From NCBI GenBank assembly GCA_963674965.2, contig CAXXFL010000006.1, positions 448,001 to 512,000 of the forward strand: a stretch of 64,000 nucleotides of DNA, written 5' to 3'. This DNA is from a bacterium (GTDB taxonomy: Bacteria; RBG-13-61-14; DATKZS01). Both the position numbers and the translations under genes were made by a program. This document shows, piece by piece, positions 19,008 through 28,814 of this stretch. Position 1 is the first letter of the stretch; every line of letters starts with the position of its first letter. The notes below the pieces were generated by a model. The model did no database searches. It was not told the origin of the DNA and saw only the letters and a program-made list of their open reading frames with translations.

Positions 19008-21188
19008 GTGAATTCCATGGCCGGTGGAAACGAAACGGATAGTAAAAAACTGCTCGCCCTTATGGGCAGGATATTCGAGATGGGTAGGGGCAGACCCATC
19101 CCGTTCGGGGCGACCATCAAGCGCGGCGGCGTCAACTTCGCCGTCTTCGCCGGCAACGCCACCGAGGTGTCCCTCGTTCTCTTCGTGCCGGGGGAGGACG
19201 AGCCGGTAATGGAAATACCTCTCGACCCCAGGTTCAACCGCACCGGCGACGTCTGGCATACTTTCGTCAGGGGCCTGGACCCGGGCGTGACCTACGGCTA
19301 CCGGGTGGACCGAAAGCCGAACGCCAACCCGAAAATCCATCGCTACGACCGCTCGAAAATTCTCATAGACCCCTACGCCAAGGCCCTGGCCGGAAACGAG
19401 GAATGGGGAGCGCTAAAAGGTCCGGAGGGTTTTCTCTTCCCCGACACCTACAAGCAGCTTCACGGACTCGTGGTGGACGACGTCTTCGACTGGGGAAACG
19501 ACCAGCCCCTCAACGTGCCCATGTCCGAGACCGTCATTTACGAGCTGCACGTGAGAGGATTCACCCGCCACGACTCGTCCTCGGTGTCCGCCCCCGGCTC
19601 CTACGCCGGGCTCATCGAGAAAATCCCTTACATGAAGGAACTGGGAGTCACGGCGGTCGAGCTTTTGCCCGTGAACGAGTTCGACGAGAACGAGAGCGAC
19701 AAGAAGGACCCCGCCACGGGCGAGCGCCTTTTGAATTACTGGGGCTACAGCCCGATCAACTTTTTCGCTCCCAAGGCCAGCTACTCCTCGAGTTTAAAGC
19801 CGGGCTCCTGCGTCCACGAGTTCAAGAGCATGGTCAAGGCCATGCATGAGGCCGGCCTCGAGGTGATCCTGGACGTGGTCTTCAACCACACGGCGGAGGG
19901 CGACGAGCGCGGCCCCACCCTCTCCTACCGCGGGCTGGACAATGAGGTCTACTACATGATCGACCCGGCCACGGGCGAGTACCACAACTTCTCCGGCTGC
20001 GGCAACACCCTTAACTGCAACCATCCCGTGGTGCGCGACCTCATCCTCGACGCCCTGCGCTACTGGGTCATTGAGATGCACGTGGACGGCTTCCGCTTCG
20101 ACCTGGCCTCCATACTCGGGAGAGGACGAGACGGCGAGGTCCTGGCCGACCCTCCCCTGCTGGAAAGGATCGCGGCCGACCCCGTCCTGATGGACGCCAA
20201 GCTCATCGCCGAGGCCTGGGACGCGGCCGGGCTCTACCAGGTCGGGACTTTCCCCTCCTGGGGCAGATGGGCCGAGTGGAACGGAAGGTATCGCGACGAC
20301 GTGAGACGCTTCGTGAAAAGCGACCCGGGCATGACCGAGAGGATCGCCGCCCGCCTGATGGGAAGCCCGGACATATACGCCAACAGCGGCCGCGAGCCTT
20401 GCCACGGGATCAACTTCATCACCTGCCACGACGGCTTCACCTTGAACGACCTGGTCTCGTACTCGAAAAAGCACAACGAGATGAACGGCGAGGATAATAG
20501 GGACGGCTCGGACGTGAACTTCTCCTGGAACTGCGGCCACGAGGGACCGGTGGACGACATGGAGCCCGTCGGCGAGATATCCACGCCCGGCGAGGTTCAA
20601 AAACTCCGGGACCGGCAGATGAGGAATTTCATCGCCATCCTTTTCCTGTCGAGGGGCGTTCCCATGCTGGCCGCGGGCGACGAGTTTAAAAGGACGCAAA
20701 AGGGAAACAACAACGCCTATTGCCAGGACAACGAGGTCGGTTGGATCGACTGGGGCCTGTTCGACGCCAACATGGACCTCCACCGCTTCACGGCCCAGAT
20801 GATCAGGTTCCGGAAAGCTCACCCGTCCCTTCGCCACGACCTCTTCGAGAAGGAGCCGGGCAAGACGGACTTCTCCGTCACCTGGCACGGTCCCGAGCCC
20901 TTCAAGCCCGACTGGTCCGAGAGCTCGAGGACCCTGGCCATGATGATCCAGGAGGAGGCCGCCCAGGATAACGCGGCCGACGACCTTTACGTGGCCATGA
21001 ACTTCTACTGGGAGCCCGTCAATTTCATCCTGCCCTCCCCTTCCAAGGGACGCAAGTGGCGCCTGGCGGTGGACACGTCCCTGCCCTCCCCCGCCGACGC
21101 CCTCGAGCCGGGAACGGAAAAACCCATCCCCCACCAGTCGAGCTACCTCGTCGCTCCCAGAACGGTGATGGTACTGGTGGGCCGATAG
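19008..21188 (+). CDS. glgX: Glycogen debranching enzyme GlgX (GH13)
   Basis: IYELHVRGFT, NYWGY, DVVFNHTAEG, DGFRFDLASIL, IAEAWD, NFITCHDGFTLNDLVSY, QKGNNNAYCQDN. Confidence 0.97.
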   Translation: MNSMAGGNETDSKKLLALMGRIFEMGRGRPIPFGATIKRGGVNFAVFAGNATEVSLVLFVPGEDEPVMEIPLDPRFNRTGDVWHTFVRGLDPGVTYGYRVDRKPNANPKIHRYDRSKILIDPYAKALAGNEEWGALKGPEGFLFPDTYKQLHGLVVDDVFDWGNDQPLNVPMSETVIYELHVRGFTRHDSSSVSAPGSYAGLIEKIPYMKELGVTAVELLPVNEFDENESDKKDPATGERLLNYWGYSPINFFAPKASYSSSLKPGSCVHEFKSMVKAMHEAGLEVILDVVFNHTAEGDERGPTLSYRGLDNEVYYMIDPATGEYHNFSGCGNTLNCNHPVVRDLILDALRYWVIEMHVDGFRFDLASILGRGRDGEVLADPPLLERIAADPVLMDAKLIAEAWDAAGLYQVGTFPSWGRWAEWNGRYRDDVRRFVKSDPGMTERIAARLMGSPDIYANSGREPCHGINFITCHDGFTLNDLVSYSKKHNEMNGEDNRDGSDVNFSWNCGHEGPVDDMEPVGEISTPGEVQKLRDRQMRNFIAILFLSRGVPMLAAGDEFKRTQKGNNNAYCQDNEVGWIDWGLFDANMDLHRFTAQMIRFRKAHPSLRHDLFEKEPGKTDFSVTWHGPEPFKPDWSESSRTLAMMIQEEAAQDNAADDLYVAMNFYWEPVNFILPSPSKGRKWRLAVDTSLPSPADALEPGTEKPIPHQSSYLVAPRTVMVLVGR

Positions 21189-21263
21189 AACTCCGGCCGT
21201 TTATATTAACGGCTTGCTTGCTACACAACGAAACGCGAGGAGCGTCGGCGATAAAAGGAACTC

Positions 21264-21389
21264 AGCCCGCGGCTTCGCCGCTCATGCAGGATGGGCGACC
21301 CCGGCTTGAAGCTCTTAAACTTTTTTTCAGCCGCGGCACAAATCAGGGTCGCCCACGCATCTTGCGTGGGTGAGCGAAGCGAACGGGCT
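21264..21389 (+). repeat. Long imperfect hairpin carrying a REP-like unit
   Basis: Nested arms AGCCCG/CGGGCT, CTTCGC/GCGAAG, GCTCATGCAGGATG/CATCTTGCGTGGGT (G-U pairs), GGCGACCC/GGGTCGCC; first 25 nt recur at 22947-22974 and 23060-23087. Confidence 0.7.
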
Positions 21390-21585
21390 CCCGGCCTCGG
21401 AATTAAACGCGTTTGTTGTCAACAAAAAAGAGGCGGCGCGTAATAATGATCCCAATCTCGCGGGACCGGGTCGTCCTTCCATTGGCCAATAGTATTTTTA
21501 TGCAGAATGGAACATATGCCCGGAAGCGGCCGTCTTAACCCTATCTCCGACCCGTATTTATCGAACAGAACAAAGGGGGACAAAG

Positions 21586-22332
21586 ATGAGTCATTCAATG
21601 AAAACCTTGGCGCTGGGACTGATTCTCGCGATGGGATGCGCGTCCGGAGCGCTAGCCGAAGAAAGCCGGGGTCCCGGTCTAATCACCGTCAGCGGGGAAT
21701 CTCGCGTTATGGTAACGCCGGATATAGTCATAATATCCTTTGGCGTGGAGACGGAGGACCTCGACGTCGAGAAGGCCAGGAGGGAAAACGACGAGATTGT
21801 GAAAAGAGTATTCGATACGGCTCGAAAGCATGGAATTGAAGATAAAAATATTTCAACGGACAGCCTGTCGCTGCGGCCCAGCTACAATTACAAAAAGCGC
21901 GAAGAAAACGGGGCCCGTGTCGTGGACTCCTTCGTAATTACTAAAAACGTCAGGATTATATTGCACGACGCGTCAAAGTACGAGGCCTTGCTCATGGAGT
22001 TGATAAATTGCGGAGTAAAATACGCCTATAACGTGCAGTTCCAGGTCGCCGACCTTAATGAATATCGAGAGCGGGCGAGAGATTTGGCCCTAAAAGCCGC
22101 TCGGGACAAGGCGGAGAAAATGACCGGGGCGCTCGGCCAAGGCGTGGGTAAAGTATACTCGATAACCGAGAACGCGAATGTTTCCAGTTATGGAGGCGGA
22201 TATTACGAACGGCCGAGGTACTTTAACGTGGCCGTGGAAGTCCAGCCGGAGGGCGCTCAGGACCTTGAAGTCACCGCCCTTGGACAAATACCCATCAAGG
22301 CGAGCGTGACCATAAGTTTCGAGATAGAGTAA
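21586..22332 (+). CDS. SIMPL domain (DUF541) periplasmic protein
   Basis: Signal peptide; ITVSGESRVMVTPD, ALKAARDKAEKMTGALG...VYSITE, ASVTISFEI. Confidence 0.92.
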   Translation: MSHSMKTLALGLILAMGCASGALAEESRGPGLITVSGESRVMVTPDIVIISFGVETEDLDVEKARRENDEIVKRVFDTARKHGIEDKNISTDSLSLRPSYNYKKREENGARVVDSFVITKNVRIILHDASKYEALLMELINCGVKYAYNVQFQVADLNEYRERARDLALKAARDKAEKMTGALGQGVGKVYSITENANVSSYGGGYYERPRYFNVAVEVQPEGAQDLEVTALGQIPIKASVTISFEIE

Positions 22333-22421
22333 TCTTTGATAGGACGGGGCCGCCGTGCTAATCTTTATCCCTGGCGGCTTTATGTCCGCTTGATTGTGGG
22401 AACATATCCGGGAGGTTTATC

Positions 22422-22901
22422 ATGCAGGTATTGATCCTTTATTATTCCAAGAGCGGGAACACCAAGGCCCTGGCCGAGGAAATCAAAAAGGGAGTGGAGA
22501 GCGTGGCGGGCGTGGCGGCCCTCATGAAGACGCCGGCCGACGTGACCAAGGACGACTTCACGGACTCGGCGGGTATCATAGCCGGCTCCCCCGTATATTT
22601 TGGGGTCATGGCCTGGGACCTGAAAAAGATATTCGACGAGTTCGTGGGCGTGAGAAAGAAAATGGAGGACAAGGTGGGCGCGGCCTTCGCCACCTCGGGA
22701 GACGCGACGGGCGGCAAGGAAACCACCATCATGAGCATCATCCAGTGCCTGCTCATCTACGGCATGGTCATAGTGGGAGACCCCATGTCAGCCACCGGCC
22801 ACTACGGCGTGGCCTGCGTGGGAAAACCCGACGACAAGACCTCCCAGAACGCCCAGAAGCTAGGAAAAAGGGTGGCCGAGCTTTGCAAGAAAATCGGATG
22901 A
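22422..22901 (+). CDS. Flavodoxin-fold NAD(P)H-dependent oxidoreductase (WrbA-like)
   Basis: YYSKSGNTKALA FMN-binding loop; GSPVYFG; KVGAAFATSG...GGKETT. Confidence 0.9.
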   Translation: MQVLILYYSKSGNTKALAEEIKKGVESVAGVAALMKTPADVTKDDFTDSAGIIAGSPVYFGVMAWDLKKIFDEFVGVRKKMEDKVGAAFATSGDATGGKETTIMSIIQCLLIYGMVIVGDPMSATGHYGVACVGKPDDKTSQNAQKLGKRVAELCKKIG

Positions 22902-22946
22902 GCCGATAAAATCATTTTCTCGGGGTGGCACATCTATTGATAACAA

Positions 22947-23087
22947 GCATGGGCGGCGTAGCCGCGGGCTGAGCATTGCCGTTTTCCAAATCGAGCACGG
23001 ATTAATTGTTTTACTTTTCCATTTGCAAGAGGGCCTTTCATTAAATTGACGCCGGAGGCGTTCAGCCCGCGGCTTCGCCGCCCACGC
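22947..23087. repeat. Inverted pair of 28-nt REP-like units about 85 nt apart
   Basis: GCATGGGCGGCGTAGCCGCGGGCTGAGC (22947-22974) is the reverse complement (25/28) of GTTCAGCCCGCGGCTTCGCCGCCCACGC (23060-23087). Confidence 0.8.
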
Positions 23088-23148
23088 GACATTGAAGACA
23101 ATAATGCGCTGGAATTTTATGGCACGCGAAATCGTTAGATCATTTCTA

Positions 23149-23928
23149 TTATCCGCCGCTTATAAAGCGTGAACTGGCTATTCCCAGGGTGAGGGCAAGC
23201 ACTCTAGCGGCCCCGGCCTTTTTTAAGGTCCGGGCGCACTCGTTAAGGGTGGCGCCGGTGGTCCTGACGTCGTCGACCAGAAGAACGGTCTTGCCTTTTA
23301 TGTCCACGCGGCCGTTGGCCGTAAATGCCCCCTTGACGTTGGCGATCCTTTGGGGCCGGGTCAACCCGACCTGGGGCCTGGTCTCGCGCTCGCGGGCGAG
23401 GGCCTCGGCAAAGAGGGGAACGCCCCTGGCTTTGGCCGCGGCCCTTGCCAGGTCCACGGCCTGGTTGAAGCCACGCTCGCGGACGCGACCGGCGTGGAGA
23501 GGCACGGGAACGACCAGGTCGATATTTTCCTCGTGGAAATTTATCGAGACGGCCTCGGCCGCGAGCGCCCCCAGCGAGGCGGCCGCGTCTCTTTTGCCTC
23601 TGAACTTGAAGGCCTTGATCGTCTCCGCCAGTTGTCCCTCGTAGACGGCCAGGGACCTGGCCGCGTCCCAGGCGGGCCGGTCCTTGAGGCAGTGGCCGCA
23701 GACGCCGGAGGCGGGAAGGCTTGGGCCTTCCATGGGCCGGCCGCAGACCTTGCAGACGTCCTCGCCCAGTATCTTGAAGGTCCCCTGGCAGCGCGGGCAA
23801 AAACCGCGATCATCCTTTCCTCCGAGCGGGGCGGCGCAGGCGGGGCAAAGGGGCGGCCAGATGATATTCCAGACCGTCCCGGCGAAGTCGGCCGTCCATG
23901 CTGAAACGCGGCGGAGGGGAGCGTTCAT
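23149..23928 (-). CDS. comF: ComF family protein (double zinc ribbon plus phosphoribosyltransferase domain)
   Basis: CPAC, CPRC, CKVC, CGHC; VPVPLH..R..ERGFNQA; LLVDDVRTTGATL; the upstream extension of the tracked ORF is antisense to the GT gene. Confidence 0.93.
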   Translation of the reverse strand: MNAPLRRVSAWTADFAGTVWNIIWPPLCPACAAPLGGKDDRGFCPRCQGTFKILGEDVCKVCGRPMEGPSLPASGVCGHCLKDRPAWDAARSLAVYEGQLAETIKAFKFRGKRDAAASLGALAAEAVSINFHEENIDLVVPVPLHAGRVRERGFNQAVDLARAAAKARGVPLFAEALARERETRPQVGLTRPQRIANVKGAFTANGRVDIKGKTVLLVDDVRTTGATLNECARTLKKAGAARVLALTLGIASSRFISGG

Positions 23929-24060
23929 CGAGTAATCCCATGTCCATGGCATACATAAATGATATAGCCTTGTCAGGATTGATTGCAAATCGGGCGACCC
24001 ATCCCCCGCCCCCGCCTTTATCTCTTTCCCTTCATCCGGCCCGATGCTATACTTCGATGC

Positions 24061-24490
24061 ATGAAAATATCCGTCGTTGCCCTGGGCTCGCGCGGAGACG
24101 TCGAGCCTTTCGTCGCGCTGGCCCTGGGTCTCCAGGCCGCCGGACATGAGGTCAACGTGGGCGCGGGGTCCGACTTCGAAAGCTTCGTCACCTCGCGGGG
24201 CCTGGCCTTCAAGGCCGCGGGGGGTGACATGCAAAAGGCGCTCAGTTCTTCCGAGGGCAAGGCCTTTTTCAAGTCCAAGAACCCCGTCACCTTCGTTCGC
24301 CGGCTTCGCTCGGCGGCCGAGCCCGTATTGGACACCATGCAGGAGGACCTCCTGGCCGCGACCGCCGGCTCGGACGCCTGCGTGTTCTCCTATTTGTGCG
24401 GCCCGGTGGTGGATATCCACGAGGCAACCGGCCTTATCGCCTTTATGGGCCTTCTCATATCCACGGCGCCCACGCTCGAGTTCCCCATCC
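24061..24490 (+). pseudogene. Glycosyltransferase (GT1/GT28 N-terminal, sterol glucosyltransferase-like), truncated by IS66
   Basis: MKISVVALGSRGDVEPFVALALGLQAAGHEV motif; the reading frame enters the IS66 terminal repeat at 24491 after about 143 codons; no 3' half on the far side. Confidence 0.88.
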
Positions 24491-24573
24491 GTAAGCGTCC
24501 GGCCAACCACATCTTGTAAATTTCCCTTGGCAATCCATAATGATGCTCATCGAATCGATAAGGAGGGGTGAGT

Positions 24574-24800
24574 ATGCCGAGGGGCGTTGGAGTTGGCGGT
24601 GACCGGGCCAGGTTTTGGCGGGGGAAGTTGCGGGAGCATAGTTGGAGCGGCTTGTCGGTGAGCGCGTTTTGCCGGCGGGAGGGATTTTCGCCCGGCAGTT
24701 TTTATCGGTGGCGGCGGATTCTTGCGGAGCGTGATGGCGTTATTGAATCGCGGGGTTGTTTGCCCGCGCCCGGCCCGGCGGAGGCTTTCGTTCCGGTTTC
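24574..24800 (+). pseudogene. tnpA: IS66 TnpA N-terminal fragment
   Basis: FWR...SGLSVSAFCRREGFSPGSFYRWRR...AFVPV HTH pattern; AGGAGG RBS. Confidence 0.85.
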
Positions 24801-25514
24801 GATTACACCCGGACCCGGGAGCGCGCCGGCCCGGAAAAGTTTTTGGCGGGATTTGAAGGATACCTTCAGGCCGACGCTTATTCCGGTTACGACAAACTTT
24901 ACGAGCCCTCTCCAGGCGTCCCGGGCAAGGTGATCGAGGTCGCATGCTGGGCGCACGCGCGGCGCAAGTTCGTCGAGTCAGAAACGAGCGATTCCTCGCG
25001 CTCGCTGACGGCGGTCGCGTGGATCAAGATTCTTTACGAGGTCGAGAAAGAAGCCAGGGAAGCCGGGCTTTGCGCGGAAGAATTTCGCGAAATTCGTCGG
25101 GAAAAAAGCAGGCAATTACTCGAGGATTTTGGCGAGTGGCTGCGCGGCCAGCGGGCGGAGGTCCTTCCCAAGAGCCCGATCGGCCAGGCCATCGCCTACG
25201 CGCTTAGCAACTGGGCCGCGCTTTACCGCTACGCGGACGACGGCGATCTGGCCATCGACAACAACGCCGCCGAGCGCGCCCTTCGCGGGGTCGCGGTTGG
25301 CCGCAAGAACTGGCTCTTCGCGGGCGGCGACCGGGGAGGCCGTACCGCCGCTATCCTCGCCAGCTTCACCCAAACCTGCAAATCCCTCGGCGCCGACCCC
25401 TTCGCCTACCTCCGCGAGGTCCTCGCCCGCATCGCCGGCCACCCCATGAAAAATCTCTCCGACCTCCTCCCAGATCACTGGCAGGCCGAACAAGACCAAG
25501 CCCACCAAACATAA
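24798..25514 (+). pseudogene. tnpC: IS66 transposase TnpC C-terminal fragment
   Basis: GYLQADAYSGY, CWAHARRKF, PKSPIGQAIAY, IDNNAAERALR.VAVGRKNWLF. Confidence 0.93.
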
Positions 25515-25593
25515 ACGCCAGCGCACTCTCCGCGCAACAAATCCATTTGCAATAAGCTCTCCGACTGCAGGGCGCTGTTGGCCGGACGGTTAC

Positions 25594-27225
25594 AATAATA
25601 ATACGTTAAATTAAGATCATAGGCTTCTCCAATAAAGAAATGGTCAATTAAAGTAACGCCCGCTCTATCTAACAAACTCCCGAAGGCAAAGTAAAAAAAG
25701 GTGTCCGTTACTGAACCAATAGTAGAGGTCAATGCCTTAGTGGAACCAAGACCATTATAATGGAAGAACGAGACCTCGGCCTTTTCCTGACAGATCAGAT
25801 CGTCTCCAAATGTATAAGCACTTTTTAAACCTGCTCCGCGTCGGTTTCGCGGAGGGCTTGGGAGTAGCCGGTCTGGTTGTTGTTGTCGATGAGGAAGCGG
25901 GTGACGCCGTCGGGCGTCCGCTTGTATATGCGCTCGCCGCGGAAGTCGTAGGCGTAGGCGGCGGCGAGGGCGGCGTCCTTGTCGGCGCGGGCCATCTTGT
26001 TTTCGAGGTCCCATTCGTATTGCCACGTCTCGCCCGGCCCGGCCTTGCCGGCCATATTGCCATTATCGTCCCACGCGTAGGACGTGACTCCCGAGGCCGC
26101 CGACTCGGTGAGGAGCCTGTCGTTCGCGTCGTAGGCGTAGGCCGTGACCAGGCCGCCCGCGTTCATCTCGAGGCGGTTCCCGAAGGCGTCGTAGTCGTAC
26201 TCGATCCAGTAGGTACGGTCGGGCTCGGGGGAGGTCCGCGCCTCGCGGGTGAGACGATACAAGTCGTCATACCCGTAAGCGCACTCGTCCTCGATCACCG
26301 GCCGCTCGGCCGTGTCGCCCTCCGCCTCCTTCGGCTCGCGGTAGCGCTCGATGATCCCCGTCCGGTTCCCCGCCGGGCCAAGCGTGTACTCGTAGCTCGA
26401 TATCAGCCCGCCCGGCCCCGAGTTCTCGAGGTAGGTCAGGCGGTTCAACTCGTCGAACTCGTATGTGGCCAGCGTCCCGTTCGGATAGGCCATGCTCTTT
26501 CGGTTGCCCACCGCGTCGTAGGCATACTGCGTGATTCCGTTGTCGTCGGTCACGGTCGCGAGGCGGCCGAGCGCGTCGTGGGCGTAGGTCACCACGTGCC
26601 CGCCCGAGTAGGCCGTCTCGATAAGGGCCCCGGCGATATCGTACTTATAGGCGATATACTGCCCGTCCTCCTTGTCGTCGCGGAGGAGCTGCCCGGTGAC
26701 GTCGTCGTAGGTGAAGACGCGGTCCCGATACGGCTCGCCCGCGCCGAACTCGTAGCCAATATAAATCACGCGGACGAGCTGGCCCCGGCCGTTGTATTGG
26801 CGGCCGATGGTCTTGCCGTCCGGATAGGTCCGGAGGGTCTCGCGCTTCATCTCGTCGAACTCGTAAATGACGGTCCGGCCGTTGAAGTCGGTATGGGACG
26901 AGGCCATGCAGCAGTCCCGGTATTCCCACGTCTCGGCCATGCCCTCGGGCAGGGTCCGCGAGGTCTTGCGGCCAAGCTCGTCGTAAGTAAAGGAGGTAAC
27001 GTGCCCGTTGGGATCGACGATCGAGAGCAGGTCCCCACCCGCGTCGTAGGCATAGCGGGTCTCTCCCCCCTCGGCGTCGTCCACCCCGATGAGGCTACCC
27101 ATCTCGTCGTAAAGAAACTCGGTCCTCACGCCCGCCTGGTCCACCTCGGCCACCTTCCTCCTCGAAAGCCGCTTATACCTGATATTATCCCTTACTTCAT
27201 TATTTTCTATAGATATACACCTCAT
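25594..27225 (-). pseudogene. RHS/YD-repeat module 3: long core fragment, frameshifted near 25825 and cut by IS66 before its C-terminal domain
   Basis: Many YD repeats (YAYDAGGDL, FTYDELGR, YAYDAVGNR); continues in another frame as AYTFGDDLI...FFHYNGLGSTKALT...FIGEAYDLNLTYYY, ending at the IS66 end. Confidence 0.88.
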
Positions 27226-27262
27226 TTAATAGGTCTAGCTATTTTAAAATATCTGTGAAGCT

Positions 27263-27778
27263 CTATTTAGTATATAATATATTGATATTATCAGTATCAT
27301 GGATAATACTTAGTTCGATTAGATAATATCTGCTATGCTCAAAAAGGTATAAACGATTACCACAGTTTCTAAATATAGCAGGGAAAGAATTTCGGGTCAT
27401 TTCGGAATCAAAGATAAAAACGGCATATTTATTTTCAGTAAAATGGCTTGTAAATGGTACAATTGTTGCTTCTGCCCAATTAAAGGTGCTGTCATTACTT
27501 GTGTCATATATCGCTATCTCACTAGAATATAATAATATATCAGACCTAATTTTAATCACTCTAACTATGTCGTTATTATCACATATTACATGTATTTTAT
27601 AAAGCGGGTTATACTTATGCCATAGAGTAATGTATCCTTTGTATTGTGAAACTGGACGTTTAATTATACAGTTTAATTGCTTTTTTAACATAATGACATC
27701 GATTAATATATATAATATTACAATAGTAGAGGTGACTAAAAAGAGTTTTTTTAATCTTGTTTTATTATTAGATATCAT
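27263..27778 (-). CDS. Putative immunity/partner protein of RHS module 1 (N-terminal TM, AT-rich)
   Basis: Starts 5 nt after the RHS-CT stop with a GAGGA RBS; low GC; shares the LYxxID...LWxxYNPLY block with 30828-31355. Confidence 0.75.
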   Translation of the reverse strand: MISNNKTRLKKLFLVTSTIVILYILIDVIMLKKQLNCIIKRPVSQYKGYITLWHKYNPLYKIHVICDNNDIVRVIKIRSDILLYSSEIAIYDTSNDSTFNWAEATIVPFTSHFTENKYAVFIFDSEMTRNSFPAIFRNCGNRLYLFEHSRYYLIELSIIHDTDNINILYTK

Positions 27779-27782
27779 TGTA

Positions 27783-28565
27783 TTAGTCCTCAACGTACCT
27801 GTTATATACATTTTCCCAATCAGGATTGATGTCTAATGCTTTGTTGTTTTTAGCATCCCATTTATAGATATCATAGAGAGGATCAGTAAATACAATAGAC
27901 CTTCTGTTAGGAAATTTAGCCCCCCATGAAGCTGGATTACCATGTGCATTATATAATGGATCGAATTCTTGGATCATACATATTTCCCAGCATGCTTTTG
28001 AATAGGTGATATTTTCAATGCCATCTTGAAGAATTGGATCATTATTATTCATTTCAGAATATCTGAGCTTAGAAAAAGCGCTACTCATCCTTGCTCTATT
28101 ATTAGCTGGATTGATTTCTACAATACAAGCACACGTCAATAGCAGATTTGCATTGCTTTGACATTGTGCTGGAGTCCCCATACAAATCTGAGGCCCTTCG
28201 ATGTATATAGTAGCTTTAACGCTGTAAATAGGCGCGCTCTTGATAAATGAGGAAATACAGCTACTTAAAATTGCAATCACAATTATAATTATAACAACAG
28301 CTATCAAAAGTTCCATCAATGTAAAAAAGCCTGAAAAATCCGTAAGTATAATTGGATTATTGTTTACATATGAATATTTATTAAGTGAGGAAGACATGTA
28401 ATACACGCCATAAAAAGGATCGAGAGACGCGAATATCCCATTCACCGGATCATACAACCTCGCCCTCAGATAGTAATACCCTATATTGAAATCGTAGGCC
28501 TCGCCGGTGAAGAGATGTGAGAATTCGGTCGTGCCGGTCCTGGCGAGTATTTGGCCGAAGGCGAG
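27783..28565 (-). pseudogene. RHS module 1, 3' part: core end plus C-terminal domain starting with a pilin-like helix (separated from its 5' part by IS3)
   Basis: FTGEAYD...YYYLRARLYDPVNG.F.SLDP...Y.Y..NNP...TDFSG core signature followed by F-FTLMELLIAVVIIII. Confidence 0.88.
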
Positions 28566-28814
28566 TGTCCTGGTTCAGCGGGAAATGGAGTACCCCCGCT
28601 TTTGCTAAGTGAGTACGGCCTTCGCACTCACCCTCAAGATTCCGCCCTTCGGGCGGGAGTTTTAAGAAGGCATTGGGGGTCTATCGTTTGATGAGTTTAG
28701 GCCGGGCGCTGAGGGTGTTCCCCAACGCCCTCTCATCAACGCGATGAGCCCCGCCGGGCTATCCCTCGGCGGGTTGCTCTCCAGCAGTGCCCGCCTCTGT
28801 TTCACCCGGCAAGC
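28566..28814 (-). ncRNA. Candidate structured non-coding RNA in the IS3 3' end
   Basis: About 250 nt with no plausible ORF after the orfB stop, almost fully covered by nested helices; expression not shown. Confidence 0.4.

Larger units (their letters stand above)
24491..25593 (+). mobile_element. IS66-family element, internally deleted (1103 bp)
   Basis: Terminal inverted repeats GTAAGCGTCCGGCCAAC / GTTGGCCGGACGGTTAC (16/17); contains the tnpA 5' part and tnpC 3' part, no tnpB; no flanking duplication. Confidence 0.93.

Noticed and set aside
22926-22941. TGGCACATCTATTGAT as a sigma54 promoter
   Set aside because: The -12 element is GA, not GC, and no co-oriented gene follows
23929-24510. 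N-terminal extension of the ComF ORF to 453 aa
   Set aside because: The extension is the reverse strand of the glycosyltransferase fragment; ComF similarity starts near 23928
28255-28275. LSSC lipobox-like motif after the module 1 CT helix
   Set aside because: The paralogous CT has LALPC, not a lipobox, and there is no N-terminal Met/positive n-region, so lipoprotein processing is not supported
28680-28745. TGATGA in the IS3 tail considered as a hammerhead ribozyme core
   Set aside because: It reads TTGATGAG rather than CTGATGA, is sequestered by CTCATCAA, and there is no correctly placed GAAA
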